Shown: positions 36,112 through 51,291 of the stretch, piece by piece
Layout: each line of letters starts with the position of its first letter
How positions within the stretch are numbered: the stretch's first letter is position 1
DNA from: Hyaloraphidium curvatum SAG 235-1
Taxonomy: Eukaryota > Fungi > Monoblepharomycota
NCBI GenBank assembly: GCA_025558095.1
Contig: JAIVFI010000030.1
Span: 186,001-250,000, forward strand
Length of the DNA: 64,000 nucleotides
Direction of reading: 5' to 3'
Translations under genes and position numbers: made by a program
Notes under the pieces: generated by a model
What the model saw: only the letters and a program-made list of their open reading frames with translations
What the model was told of the DNA's origin: nothing
Database searches by the model: none

Positions 36112-37529
36112 ATGAAGATACCGCATTCGCTCTCCGCCGAGATCCATGCCGTGCGCGACGATCCCGAGTCGTTCTCCCTGCGCATCGACCCCGCCGCGGA
36201 GCGCGGGGACCGCCTCGCGGTGTCCTTCCTCCTCTGCGGGCACGACCTCCGCGCCGAGACCGCGACCTGCGTGTTCTACGACTCGTCGGACCTGGAGCTG
36301 CCCCCGGATCTGATACTCCCTCCGGAGCTCGCGTCCGTGACCCTGGACTCGCTCGCGAGCCTGAAGCCCCGCGGCACTCGGCTCTCGGAGCTCGCGGGGG
36401 AGCTGCGGAGGCGGTATGTGGAGGTGCAGTGGAGGAAGATCGAAGCGCTGGGCGTCGAGAGGCTCAGATTCGAGCTGTCGGCGGTGGACACGGGGAGGGC
36501 CGAGGGGTTGGTGAGGGTGAATCCGTCGGACGGGGGGACGATGGTGGGAGAGGCGGCCGTTCCGCGTCGTGGACGCTGACTTGCGGCGCTGACACGCCGC
36601 GGGGGCTAGGTCATCGTGGAGATACCCGTGGAGGTCGAGGTTCCAAAGGAAGCCAGCGGGCTTCCCAAGGACGCCTTGCCGTGCCTTACATGTGGGACCT
36701 TTTTGCTCGCAGCACGCGTTCAGGACCCGCCGCTTACTCCGTCTCTTGCCCTCAGACCGCCTTCGCGTGACCTACTACCTCAATGCCTCCCGCGACTCGC
36801 TGTCGCGCGTGGAGCGGCAGCTACTCCCCGGCAAACGCTCCACCTCCCGTGCGCCCGCCCTCCCCTCCTTTTCCCGGCCATTACCCCCATTTTCCATTAA
36901 CAGCATGCTGATTGATTACGTGCCGGACATCGGGGACTGGTTGCGCTATGAGCTGTTCCCGCCCGCGGACCTTCTGGAAAAGAGGAAGGGGCTCTTCCGG
37001 AGCTTGATGCACGGGTTTGAGAGGTGCGGGCGCGGCCTTACCGTTGTGCCGGCACGACTAAGGCTGGACTCGATACAGGCAACTGCTCGACATCAACGAG
37101 GCCGCGCTCACCGCGGCCTTTCTTTTCGAGGTATACTGCCCGCCTGCCGGCGCCGCGCGGGCGGGCGGCGGTCCGAACCCCGGCACGAACCCCAACCTGA
37201 GCGTCCCCCAGGGCGCCGCGGCTGCCCAAGCGCCTCAGACGGTGCTCGCGATCTGCCGGATCGACGTTTCCAACGCCGGGCGGGACGTGCCTCCTTTCGT
37301 AACTGCCATCTCGCCGCACTACTTCGTGCGCGGCAAGCCGCACGTGCCGCTGTCTCGGGAACTGACGGGGATGCTGCGGTGGGACTGGAGATTGACGTCG
37401 GACGAGCAGGTTGAGCAGTTCCGGTGGGTGTGAGCGCTGATCTGGCCGCGATCTCGGCTGACCCGGCTCCGGACTGCTTGCAGGGAGCAGCTGGTGCGGG
37501 TGCTGCCCACCGCATTCACCGGCGTGTGA
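36112..37529 (+). CDS. BRE/BRCC45 (BABAM2)-like tandem-UEV protein, multi-exon
   Basis: DRLAVSF..FYDSSDLELPPDLI..ELRRRYVEVQ..RLRFEL; LPPFSINSMLIDYVPDI..KRKGLFRSL..F; PFVTAISPHYF..RWD. The motif order matches BRE as recalled. Confidence 0.7.
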
Positions 37530-37875
37530 GTAAGGGCGTGGGAGACTAGCGATCTCTTGTTCGAGGTCGAGGCGTCCCACTCCATGAGGGCTCTCCTTGT
37601 GGGCCGACGCCGCACAGTAGATCCTGCTCCAAATACTAGTGTCTTTCTCACAAGCGAAAATCGAGTAGAAGTCGGGACGTCTCAGGCCTTGAAAACAAGG
37701 TTGCCTGCTCGACGACGCGAGGGGTGGGCGGTGGACAGTGGGCGGTGCGAGATCGCCAAGAGGTCCAGACAGCATATCTCACCCCTTTCCCACGCCCAAT
37801 GGCCGGCCCGCGGCGCCGATTGTTGTTAGCCGGAGCCGCCGAGCGACGCTGAAGGAGCACGGAGCGTGTCGCGCC

Positions 37876-40412
37876 ATGTCTGCGGCTGCTGCGCGTGAGC
37901 GGGGCCGGCCCGAGTCCCCGTTCGCGCGAGTCGACCTCGGCGAGCGGCCGCTGACCCGCCAGGGCTCGGCGCACAACGGCGTGGCGCCCGCGGCGGACCC
38001 GCCGGCCGAGACGCCGCTGCCGCCGGCGATCGCGGACGAGGTGCTCTCCGCGCGGCCGGGCGACCCGCCGGTCAGCTTCACGCTGCACAACGCCGCGGAG
38101 GGCGGCGCGGCGATCTCGATCACCTTCTCGCCGTCGGCGCGCGGCACGGCGTTCGGCTCGCCGCTCGCGATCCCGCCGCGGCCCGCCGACGACGCGCCGC
38201 TGCTGTCGCCCGCGCACTCGGCGCGCTCGGTGTCGCTCGCCGACGCCTCGCCGCGGCTGCCGGGCCCCGCCGACGCCGTGTACTATGCGCGGCTCAACGA
38301 CGTGCGGGAGACCGACGACGCGGCGGACGCCGACGAGGACGCGGACTTCGACTTCTCGGCCTTCGTCTCGCAGCGCGGCCGCCCGCCCACGCTGCCGCTG
38401 ACGCCGTTCAGCGACCAGGTCGGCGGCCACACGCCGTTCCTGCGCTTCTCGGACCGCGCCGTGTGCAAGCCGCTCGACGAGGTCGAGCGCAGCTTCTACG
38501 AGCGCGCGGACCCGGAGCTGACCGAGTTCATGGCCGGCTACCTCGGCGTCGTCAACGTGACGTACGGCGCCCCTTTTTTCGGACCCGGGGAGAAGCTGGC
38601 CGCGGAGGGGTGGTGGGAACGGACACCGATGGTCCTGCTGGACCACGCGGCCGCGGCGCTCGACGAAGGCGACGAGGACCATGCCGACTCCGCGGCGATG
38701 CCGCACAGCGCGCCCTCGCCACACTACAACGCCGCGCTGCGGCGGCAGGTCTTCAGGGAAGCGCTTTCGCCGCGATCCCTGAAGGCGCGTTTCGCCCAGC
38801 TGAAGACCACGATGGGCCATCTGGCGCGGCCTGGCAAGTCGCGGCGGCATACGGACACGGACGAGCCCGTCGTGAAGCAGCTGAGCACCAGCCTGGGCAA
38901 CACCAACATCTACAAGCGGCGGAGCAGCACCAGCCTCGAGATTGAGCGGGGCGGTGCCAGCCCGGGCAGCATCAGCAGCGGCGAAAAGTTCAGCTTCATG
39001 GGCATGAACAAGGACGGTGGGTGTCCGAGTTCCTTTTCTGCTCGATTGCCGGTCGCCTCATCCTTCCCGGTGCTGCAGCCGCGAGCGAGGGCCAGCTTTC
39101 CCCGCCTTTCCCGTCCTCCGGCGTCCCAGATTCGCCGCCGCTGCTGCAGGCCAGCGGTTCCTCCCCCAGCCTGCCCTCCCCAGGCATGAACCCCATTTTC
39201 CACATGTCGGACGACGAAGGCGACGACAACCCGCGGCGCCAGCCGCAACTGCCCCCGCCGATGAAGGCAGCAACGCTCCCGGCCAAGCTGCCGCTCCGTG
39301 CCACCACGCGCCAGGCCTCGCAGGGCAGCTTCAACCCCTGGTCGCTGCAGATGCTGGAGAAGCTCAACACCCAGCTCGCAGAGTCCAAAACGCAGCAGTT
39401 TTTGCTGCTCGAGGACCTGACCGGCGGGATGAAGCATCCCTGCATCCTGGACCTGAAGATGGGCACGCGGCAGCACGGCATCCACGCGTCCAAGGAAAAG
39501 AAGGAGAGCCAGGAGCGCAAGTGCGAGCGGACGACGAGCAAGCACCTCGGTGTGCGGATCTGCGGGATGCAGGTGGGCCCTTCTGTTGCTGAACGCCTCC
39601 ACCGGCCTCACCGTTCGGCTCCTCAGGTCTTCAAAGTCGATACGCAGGACTACTACTACACGGACAAGTACTACGGTCGCCGCGTGCAGGTGGCCGGGTT
39701 CAAACAGGCCCTGCTGAGCTTTCTCGACAACGGGAGCCACCTCCTGCTCGGCTACGTGCCCGTGATCCTGAAGAAGCTGCGGCAGCTCGAGACCGTGGTC
39801 GAGCGGCTGAGCTCCTACCGCTTTTATGCTTCGAGCCTTCTGATCCTGTACGACGGGGACTGGGTCGGGGACGCCGGGGACGGCCCCGAGTCGCCCGAGA
39901 CGGCGCACGACGCCGGCGCGGAGTCGGAGTCGGATTCGGACGGCGGACCGGCTTCCGACGGCGGGTGGGAGTCGGATTTGGAGGAGGACGCGGTGCCCGT
40001 CCGAGGCGCGGGCCGCAAGCCGCGGCTGCGGGGACGACATCCGCCTGAGGCCAGGCACGAGGTGCTGATCAAGATGATCGATTTCTCGCATTCGATCACC
40101 AACCGACACCTGCTCCTGCCTCTCGACGGCCGGAAGGATGCCGGCGGGGAGGAAGGCTACGTGACGGACCCCGAGTCGGGGGCCAAGGTCCCCGGAATCC
40201 GGTGCAGCTACCCGCCGACCACGCGGGGGCCGGACAATGGGTACCTCCTCGGCCTGCGGAACCTGATCGCTGCTTTCGAGGAGGCGCTAGACTCGTACCA
40301 GGCGGACGGAACCCGTGTTGCGGGGCACATCACGCTGGAGGAGGCACGGAGGATGGGTGGGATCCTTCCGTTGGAACCGCTGGAGGGCGATGACATGCCG
40401 ATTGATGATTGA
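37876..40412 (+). CDS. KCS1: Inositol hexakisphosphate kinase (Kcs1/IP6K family), multi-exon
   Basis: [83 protein letters not shown]. Intron 39017-39078 restores the frame. Confidence 0.93.
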
Positions 40413-40447
40413 TTCGATTCATTTTGTCATTTGAAATTCAACACGCA

Positions 40448-43400
40448 TCAATCAGTATTCTGCGGGCCATATTTCTTGAGGATTGAGACGAAGGCGACCA
40501 AGACCTGGGAAAGTCCGTCAGCTGGCTATGCAAAGGGCCAACCGGACGCAGACACACCTTGGACCGCTCCTGGTTGTTGAAGTCGAGGGGTCTCACGTTG
40601 TTGGTCTCGATGCCCAGCTTGGTCATGAAATTGATCAGGACCTGCAGATTGTCCATTTGCTGGGCCTGCATCATCGCTTTCTTGTTGTAGCGGCCGGCCG
40701 AGGCGCCCGAGGCGCTCTCAAGCGCACGGATGAGCACTATGCCATCCGTCAGGCTCGAGTACAAGTTGTCCTTGGTGATCTCTTTGTCCGGCACGTGCTT
40801 TTGCAGCCACAAAAGCATGTTTTCCTCGACCACGGCGTCGTTGCTGGTGTCGATCGCCGTCTTCTTTTGGATCTGAGAAAGTTGATCGTCAACTGACGAG
40901 CGATGAGACAATCCTCGATGAAACGCACCACCAAGGGCACCGCGGGGCCAGTCCAGGATACTTCGGGCCCGCCAATCGTCGGCTTCTTCTCGAGGGTGGC
41001 CCTGCTTTCGCCGTCGCCCTCCGCGGTCCCAGGAGTGGGTTCGGCAGAAGCATCCCCAGATGGAGACGTCTGTGGAGGGCCAGTGAAAGAGGTCTTGGGC
41101 GGGAGCTTTGGGGGTATCTTTGGCCGAACGGGAACGGCAGGCTGGTGGGCGGAGTAAGACCGCGCCAACACGATCGACGATGTCTGACTAACCTTGGGAG
41201 CAGCCGCAACCGGTTCCGGTGGCGGCGCAGCATCAACCTCGGCACCCTCTTCGGCCTCTGCTGCGGGAGGCTCCGCCCCCGCCTCCGTAGGGCCCTCCTC
41301 CGCTGCGGGCGGTGGAGGAGCCTGCCTCTTCTTGAGCTCGCCCGATATCGCGGCGACCATGGCGTCCGGCCTCGCCCCATAAACGAGCTTCGGCTTCCGA
41401 GCCACGGCGGGCTCCTCGACTGGCGGGGGCTCTTCCACGGCAGGCGAAGGCGGGGCTTCTTCGGCAGTCGAGGGAACCACGGCTGGCGCAGGTGCTGCGG
41501 CCGGCGCGGGGGAAGGCTCCGCGACCGATGTCGGCCTGCCGATCGTAGCAGGAGTTGCAAGGTCCATGTCAGCAAAGTTTGTGGAGCTCATGAGTTCGCT
41601 ACGTGCCGCGACGTCCGCGGCCGGTGGGGCTTCAGCAATCGGCGGTAGAGCGGGTGCTGCTGCCGACTCCGACGGGGTGTGCTCGACCGGCTCAGGAGGA
41701 GCCGACGGCTCCGGGACAACAACATCAACCGGGGCTGCTGCGCGTAGGCTGTTGCCGGCAGATCTCCGCTTCTGCAGGTTCGCCGGAGAGACGCCTCCCC
41801 GCATAGCAGCGGCCTGGCGGGCCCACATTTGTCACGAGGCGCAAAATCGGGCGGTCGAGTGCCACTCACCAGCGCCGACATGGCGGCGTTCGGCACATAC
41901 TTCTTGGGCTTCACCTCCTCGCCGTCCTCCGGGGCCAACTGCTCGCCGTCCGCGCCCACGACGGCCTCCAACGACGTCCGCGTGTCGACGCTAGTCCGAG
42001 GGGCCGAATCCGTGCTCATCCGCGGGGCTTCTTCGGCGACTGCGCCGACGTCCGTAGAAACGGAGACGGGCCTCGCCGGGAGCGATGGCCGCTGGGGGGG
42101 TGACGGCTGCGCGGGAACCTGCGGCGGCAGTTGCGGCGCGGCCCCTGCCGGCGGGCCAGCGACCTGGGACCACTGCACGCCCTCCGCAGGCGGTGTGGGC
42201 TGAGATGGCGGAACCGCGGCCGGCTCGGGGAACACCTGGCTTGGAGGGCGCACCTCGGGCACCACTTGGCTGGGCGGCTGCTGTGCCTGCACAGGAGTCT
42301 CCGCGGAAGCAACAGACATGCGCTTGTCGACGTCCGGGGACTCGACCGAGCTGCGCGAGGCCATTGATGCGCGGGGCGCGAGCTCGGCAGAGGCGTGCGC
42401 AGAACTGCTGCCTGCCGGCGGCGTGGTTGGCGACGTATCCTTGTGTCCGTCTTTCGGCGGCTTGCTGCCTTTCTTGAACATCTGCGGCAAGTCGTTGAGA
42501 CAGAGTCAAAACCGAGGCATTACCGTGACTCACCGATTTCATCCTCGAAAACATGTTCCCCCCTTTCTTCTCATCGTGATCGTGGTCCGCTGCTGCCGCA
42601 GCAGCAACCGCAACGGGAGCGATCGGGGAAGGCTGCTGTTGAACGGGCTGCCGGGCCTCGACCGAGTTCCGCGACAGGTCGCCCGAGACCGACGTTGCGG
42701 GGGAGGGCGAGATCGGCTGCCCGATCCCAGGCGAAGGCTGGGACACGGGGTAGGCGTCAGGAATCTGCGGGGAGGAATGTCGGAATGAGAAATGGAGGCT
42801 CGGCTCCACGGTGTTGTTGCTCACATTGGACTCGTCCGGCTCCTCGTCGGGTTGGTGCTCCTCCACAACAGGAACAGGCGGCACAACGCGTCTAGGAGGG
42901 ATGGGAGGGAGGGCCTGGGGCGGTGGGGCAGCAGCGGGAGCGGGGACTTCCGCTGCAGGCACGGTCGCGGGTTCCTCGGGCGCCGGCGGAGTCGGCGGGG
43001 CCGCCACCGGGGGAGCCGAAGCCTCGGCCGACGGCTTGTCCGCGTGCACCATGCCGGGGAGTTCAATGGGCGAACTCTGCGGGATTACCGGCAGCGGAGG
43101 TATCGGAGGCGGGGTGTCCTGAGGAGGAGAGTCAAGGTGAAGGCGTTCGCAATTTGGGAGAACCTACGTCCTCGGTGAGCGGCGCCGCCGCCGGAGCCGC
43201 TGCCTGTTCCACAGGCTGCTCCCCTTCCTCCTCATCGTCCTGAACCACGTGGAGGGCCTTGCCCCTCGGCGGGCGGGGGGGCTTCGGCCGCGTCTTGCGC
43301 ACGTCCTCCAGTGGCTTCGGAGACGCCGCAGGTTCCGGAGGTGCCGAGGCGGGGGCAACCACGGGAGCCGGAGCGGGAGCGGCGGGCTCCCGTTCCTCGC

Positions 43401-44193
43401 TGGCTGCGGGCTCCGCGGGCGCGGCCGGCGCCGGAGCAGGTTTGGGCGGACCAGTCAAGCCAGGAAGCGCGATGCCCATGCCCATCATGCCCGGTCGCGG
43501 TCCCGGCTGTGGGCGGCGATCCGGCATGGGCGGGGCGGTCGCGACTTCAGGGGCAGCAGCAGCCGCGGGAGGGGGCACGGCAACATCGAGCGCTTTCGTC
43601 GGGCTCGGGGGCGAAGGCTTCGTGGGGCTCGGCGGCGAAGGCTTAGCAGGGCTCGCCGCAGCGGGGCCGGGAGCGGCGGAAGACGCCGGAGCAGGGGACG
43701 CAGCCGCGGCGAGCGCGCCCGTGGCGGCGGCGAGGTCGCTCTTTTCCTGCTCCACGAGCTGCGCGATCGGTCAGATCGGGCGCTAACCGTGCAGCCACGA
43801 GGCCCACCGTATCGCGCAGCAGCGTCAGGAAGCTCCGCTTGCTGCGGACGCGAGCGAGACCCGATCGGAGTTGGGGACGGGAGGGAACGTGTCTCCGGGT
43901 CAGGGCCGGCCAGCGCGCGGGCGATCGGCGCACCTCGCGTCGTCCCACGCGTCCGCCAGCGCATCGACCACCGCCTCGACGTCGTCGTCTGTCCACGCGG
44001 CCACGTCGTCCGGCGGCGCGGCGTCGGGGGCCACGCGCTTCGCGGCGCGCTTCAGCTGCGCGAGCAGCTTGTCGCGGCGCTTGCCGGGCGGCAGCTTCGC
44101 AATCTTGGGCGCCGCGAGCATGTCGAACGCTGCCAAACCGTCAGGCGCGTCCCGGCGGCACGGAGCTTCCCGTACCCGGCGCGTCGGCGACAT
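40448..44193 (-). CDS. Large Pro/Ala/Glu-rich protein with C-terminal calponin-homology (CH) domain; exon structure and start approximate
   Basis: C-terminal LLWLQKHVPDKEITKDNLYSSLTDGIVLIRALE..QMDNLQVLINFM is CH-like. Successive low-complexity exons are linked by GT-AG introns. Confidence 0.65.
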
Positions 44194-44483
44194 TGAAATC
44201 GTATATTGGCGGCGAACTCGCCATAGTGTCCACCCGGAAGTCGATGGCCGGCGGTCGAAAGGCTGCCCCTGAGAACAGCCCGGTGCCGGTGCGAGGCCCG
44301 CGGTCCGCGGAAGGGCAGGCAGTGCGCCCGGAAGTTGCTGGCCCGCGAGTGCTGGGTCCGATCAACTGCGCGCGATCGGAGGCGACACGGCAACAGTACA
44401 TCACTCCGGTCGGCGCAGCTCTCCATCAGGAGCCGCGTTACCGGGCCGGAAAGTGCCTTGGCTGGACAGCATCGCGGTCGGGA

Positions 44484-45702
44484 ATGTCCGGCGCTGCGAT
44501 GGACGTCCCTGCGATCGCGGACGAGCCCAGTTCGGAGGCTGACTTTTCACCGGACGAGCTCGCCGCCTTCGGCCGTTTCGCGGTGTATCCTTTTGAGAAG
44601 GATCGCGTCTATCTCCAGGGAGAAGCCGGGGTGCGACGGAGGGCCGAGGAGCGCTGGCGAAAGGACCATGCCGGGTCGGGCGAGGCGGATGACGGGGGCC
44701 CCGGCGCGGACGGCGCGCAGAACGGAGACGGCGGCGCGGACGACCAGGAGGCGCTACGCGCTTTCATCGAGACGGAGCTAGTTGGGGCAAAGCTCTTCTA
44801 CTTTGAGGTGGGCCCGTTTGCCGCCGCTGGCCGCCGTTCGCTCATATGGTGGTGCCGGCCTGCTTCAGAGGTAGGAAGCCGTGCTTAACAACAGCACTCG
44901 ACGCCGCTGCCATCTCATGTGACCCCAATCGCTGACACTCCCTGTGGCCGACAGAATGCACGATGTCAAGCTCGACATCGGTCGGCTGAACACCTACCTC
45001 GCCCTCCGCTCCTCTGGGACCCTCCCGTCCTCCGCTCCCCCTACCTCCTCCTCGACTTCCACGCCGACCCACGTGTTCGAGGCTTTCCAGCGCTACGACT
45101 TCTCCGCCGACCCCGGTTTCGAGGCCGGTGCTGCGGCGATTCGTGCCCGCCATCCCGAAGGCCGCGAACGGGACGACGCGGTGGAGAAGGCAAAGGCGTG
45201 GTACTACAACCGGTGGGCTTACCTGCGGGAGTATCGGGCCGGCTGAGCGCTGAGCGGCTTTGGGGGGCCAGTTTCATCCAGCCGATGGACTACGCCGAGT
45301 TCGTGGCCTGGAAGGCGGCCAAAGACCGGCCAGAGGGGACGGCAGAGTCTGCGGACGGGATTGCGGCCGCGGCGGAAGGCGAGAGCGCTGGGCAAACCGA
45401 TGCTACGTCGTCGCGCGCGGAAGGTGCCGGATCGGAGGCCGCGGCAGCAACGGCCGGGGCCGCACCGGGGACGCAGACGGCTTCATCGGACGAACCCAAG
45501 TACCCGGCTTCGTTCATGGAGCTGTGCCAGATGCTGGCAGAGGGGAAGCCCATACCAGGTGTGATCGGTCGGCTTTTCACGCCTGCGGGGGAGCTGATCT
45601 GATCGCGGCACCCCAGGCATCCGGGAGATACCAAACAAGATCAACGAGGGCACACCGAGCGAAGCCAAGGAGGCGCCGAGGAAGAAACCTTGGGAGAAAT
45701 GA
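44484..45702 (+). CDS. PEX39-like (C6orf226/YJR012C, DUF5572 family) PTS2-import factor, multi-exon
   Basis: FQRYDFSADPGFEAG..AKAWYYNR; YPASFMELCQMLAEGKPIPG|IREIPNKINEG..RKKPWEK* with the terminal KPWE motif. Confidence 0.8.
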
Positions 45703-45814
45703 TGGCAGACTCTTCTTGCTGTGTCGACTCCCGAAGCACGGCCAAACAAACGCCCTGAAATTGTATCCCGTCCGCAACCCGTGCCAACCGCGCCCCGAGA
45801 TCCGCCGGCGGAAC

Positions 45815-48784
45815 ATGCGTTTATCGGGGCTGGCAGCGCTCCTGCTGGCCGGCCTGGCTTCTTGTCGCCCCGGAACCGCGCACGGCACCGGGCATTTGGC
45901 GGAGGACGCCCACGGCACGCACGCGCCCGAATCCCCGCCGTTGCGGTACGCCGAGCACGTTTCCAGCTCTTTCTTGCGCGTTCTTCCCTCGGGCTCCGAG
46001 GAACGCCTGGCCCGCGCCCCGCTGTCGCCTCCCCCGGCCCAGGTCGACCTCGCGGCGGCTCCGGATGCGTCGCTGCTTCTCGTGCTCGACGCATTCAATG
46101 CCACCTTCCGCTTTGTCCTTCGACCGGATTCGAGGGTGCTGCACCCGCGCGCGACATGGGTGAGCCTCGACGGCGAGGGCCGGGTGCAGGAGGAGCCCCT
46201 GGTTCGTAGGGTCTACCGGGGTTCGGTGCTGCGCGAGCGCCGCGAGCAAGGGGAGCACTTTGGGATAGACCCCCTCGACTTTCTTTCTCACATGCGCGGG
46301 TCGGCATTGGGGCGAGGACCGTACCGTGCCGCTGTGGGAGGAGTCTCGGACCGCTTCGACGACGTCGGCGAGGCCACCTTCGTTTTCGGCGACGAACAGC
46401 GGCGCTCGGGCTACCGTATTGGGGCGAGATCGTTCCAGAGTTTGATGCCCGAGTTCCGCGGCCAATTCTCGGTCAACGGCGATATGCACCACGTCCTTAC
46501 ATCGGGCCACTACAGGCGATCCAAGAGGGAAGAGGACGCCGAGCCGAGATCGAGGCACGACCGTGGCATCTTCGAAAACGGACCGAGTGCACCACTGGCG
46601 CTGGACTCAGACCCCGTCATCTGGCGGGAATCGGACCGCGGACGCTCGAGCAGCTTCGGCCCGCGCGAGCGGAAGATCCGCGGTCTCTGCGCGGTGGCCG
46701 ACCCGACTTCTTCCGATGCGCTCGGGAAGGCCGGCGAGGTCGCCCTGCATCGCCGTCTGCTCGAAGAGTTTGGTCAGGACTATCGCTCGTCGCCGCTGTA
46801 CCGGCGGAGCGTGAGCCTCGGGTGCCCTGCCCAGCTTGGGGAGCTCATGCTGTACATGACCGCCGTCGCGGACTGCAACTACGTCGCCAAGTATGGTGGA
46901 GCTTCGCAGGCTCGGGATGCTATTATAAACACCTGGGCACGGGTAGGTTACAGCATCCGCAGACAGATCTCCGGCTCATCTCTGAACTCCAGGTGTCGAG
47001 CATATTCGAAAGCAACATGAACATCTACATCGGCCTCGTTTCCGTTCAAACGTTTGCAACTTGCGGAACAAACTCGACCCCCTTCAATCGCGCATGCTCC
47101 GCGGGATACACCATAACCCAGCGGTTGTCTGACTTTTCATCCTGGAGAGGCACACAGACCGGCAACGTCAGCGAGCTCTCGGGCCTTTACCACCTCGTGT
47201 CCACCTGCGCGTTGGTTGCTCGTGCCGAATCTCGCCGTGCCATGCCTGACCGCACTGTCCCAATGCGCAGAACCGGTCCTCAAGTTGGTATTGCATGGTG
47301 AGCTCTCGTGTCGTTGTTGTCGATCGATGAGAAGAAGTCGTCTTACCGCGCTCTGCTCAGGCTCAACACTCTCTGCCAGAAGAATAGCTTCTCCCAAGCC
47401 GATTCGACGTACGGCCAGCTCTACGTAAGCGGGACGGGCGTTTCGGCGATCACCACTGGCATCCAGGACGAATCCAAGGTCGTTGCGCACGAGATCGGGC
47501 ATAACTTTGGAAGCGTTCACGATTGCACGTCATCGACCTGCCCGGTGGTCATGGACGGGGGCTCGCCTTCCTGCTGCTCGTGCACGGCCGAGTTTGGGTG
47601 CGACTGTCGGGAACAGTTCCTTATGAATCCTTTCGGCAAGTCTCTCGAAAGCTCTGGCATCCGGATACTCAGGACTGACGTTCCTCACTGCCGTTGGCGA
47701 ATCTAGATGACTCCAAGAGCCGCAACTTTAGCACTTGCACCAAAGACATGATGTGTCAGAAACTAGGAACAATCGGGCGATGTCTGGAGGCACCCGGGCT
47801 GCACGAAACGGCGAGCAGGTTCGTCTGTGGAAACGGGATCCGCGAGGGCAGCGAGCAGTGTGGGTCTCCTTCCATGCGAGCCCAGGGAGTACACCGTGCT
47901 GATGCTAAATATTGGCAGGCGATTGCGGAGGCGCAGAAGCTTGTGCCAGCGACCCGTGCTGCAATTCGAACTGCACATTCAAAGCAAACGCCACCTGCTC
48001 CCCGCACCACGACACCTGTTGCACTCCGACGTGCCAATTCCGCGCCAATGGTACCCTCTGCAGACCCTCGACGGGCGAGTGCGACGTCGCAGAGTACTGC
48101 ACTGGGTCTTCCGGCACCTGCCCGAGCGACACGTTTGTTGCGGACGGATCGCCCTGCAACTCGACCGAAGCCCTTTCAGGATCGGCAAAGTGCTCGAGCG
48201 GGCAGTGCACGTCGCGAGAGCTGCAATGCACAGCCCGCAATCCAACCATATCGCTTGTGAATCAGACAGGCACAACGCAGCAACTTATCGTGGGCGAGTG
48301 CACGCAGTTTGGCAAGACATGCTCCCTGTTCTGCCGATCGGCATTCGGAGAATGTTTTCCCTTCAACGATTACTTGTAAGTCGACCGCCTTATGGGGTAT
48401 GGAGCGACAAGTCTCACAATTGGCCCCAGCCTCCCCGGTACCGAGTGCGGCGATGGAGGAATCTGCGTTGCCGATAGCAGCTCGGGCGCAGTGACGTGTT
48501 CCAACCCAGACATCATCACACGCGCCGTCGAATGGGTGCGGGGGCACCTGACCATTGTCATCCCCTTGGCCACGGTCACCGTCTTGCTCCTCATCGTGCT
48601 TTCGACAAGGTACTGCATTCGGAGATCACGGATTTCACCCCAGAAAGCGGCGAAGGCTATCCTCAGGCACGATCAAAGCGTGCTATCGGTCGATCTTGCG
48701 CGCGCGCAACGTGACATAGGCTCCACGGAGCTGAGAAACCAGATGGCGCAAATCCAGTCTTCCGCCCCCGCACGGGACATTTGA
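45815..48784 (+). CDS. ADAM-family metalloprotease-disintegrin, type I membrane protein, multi-exon
   Basis: Signal peptide MRLSGLAALLLAG; prodomain; VVAHEIGHNFGSVHD zinc site and Met-turn FLMNP; CGNGIREGSEQCDCG; disintegrin ECDVAEYCTGSSGTCPSD; TM LTIVIPLATVTVLLLIVL. Confidence 0.92.
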
Positions 48785-48792
48785 AGGCGACG

Positions 48793-51208
<2,416 letters not shown>

Positions 51209-51291
51209 GTTGCCCCTTCACCGACGTGTGGGACCAATCCCCTTTGGGACGAGCGTTGCGGGCCGGCTGTTCTGAATTCTCAACGCCCGCC

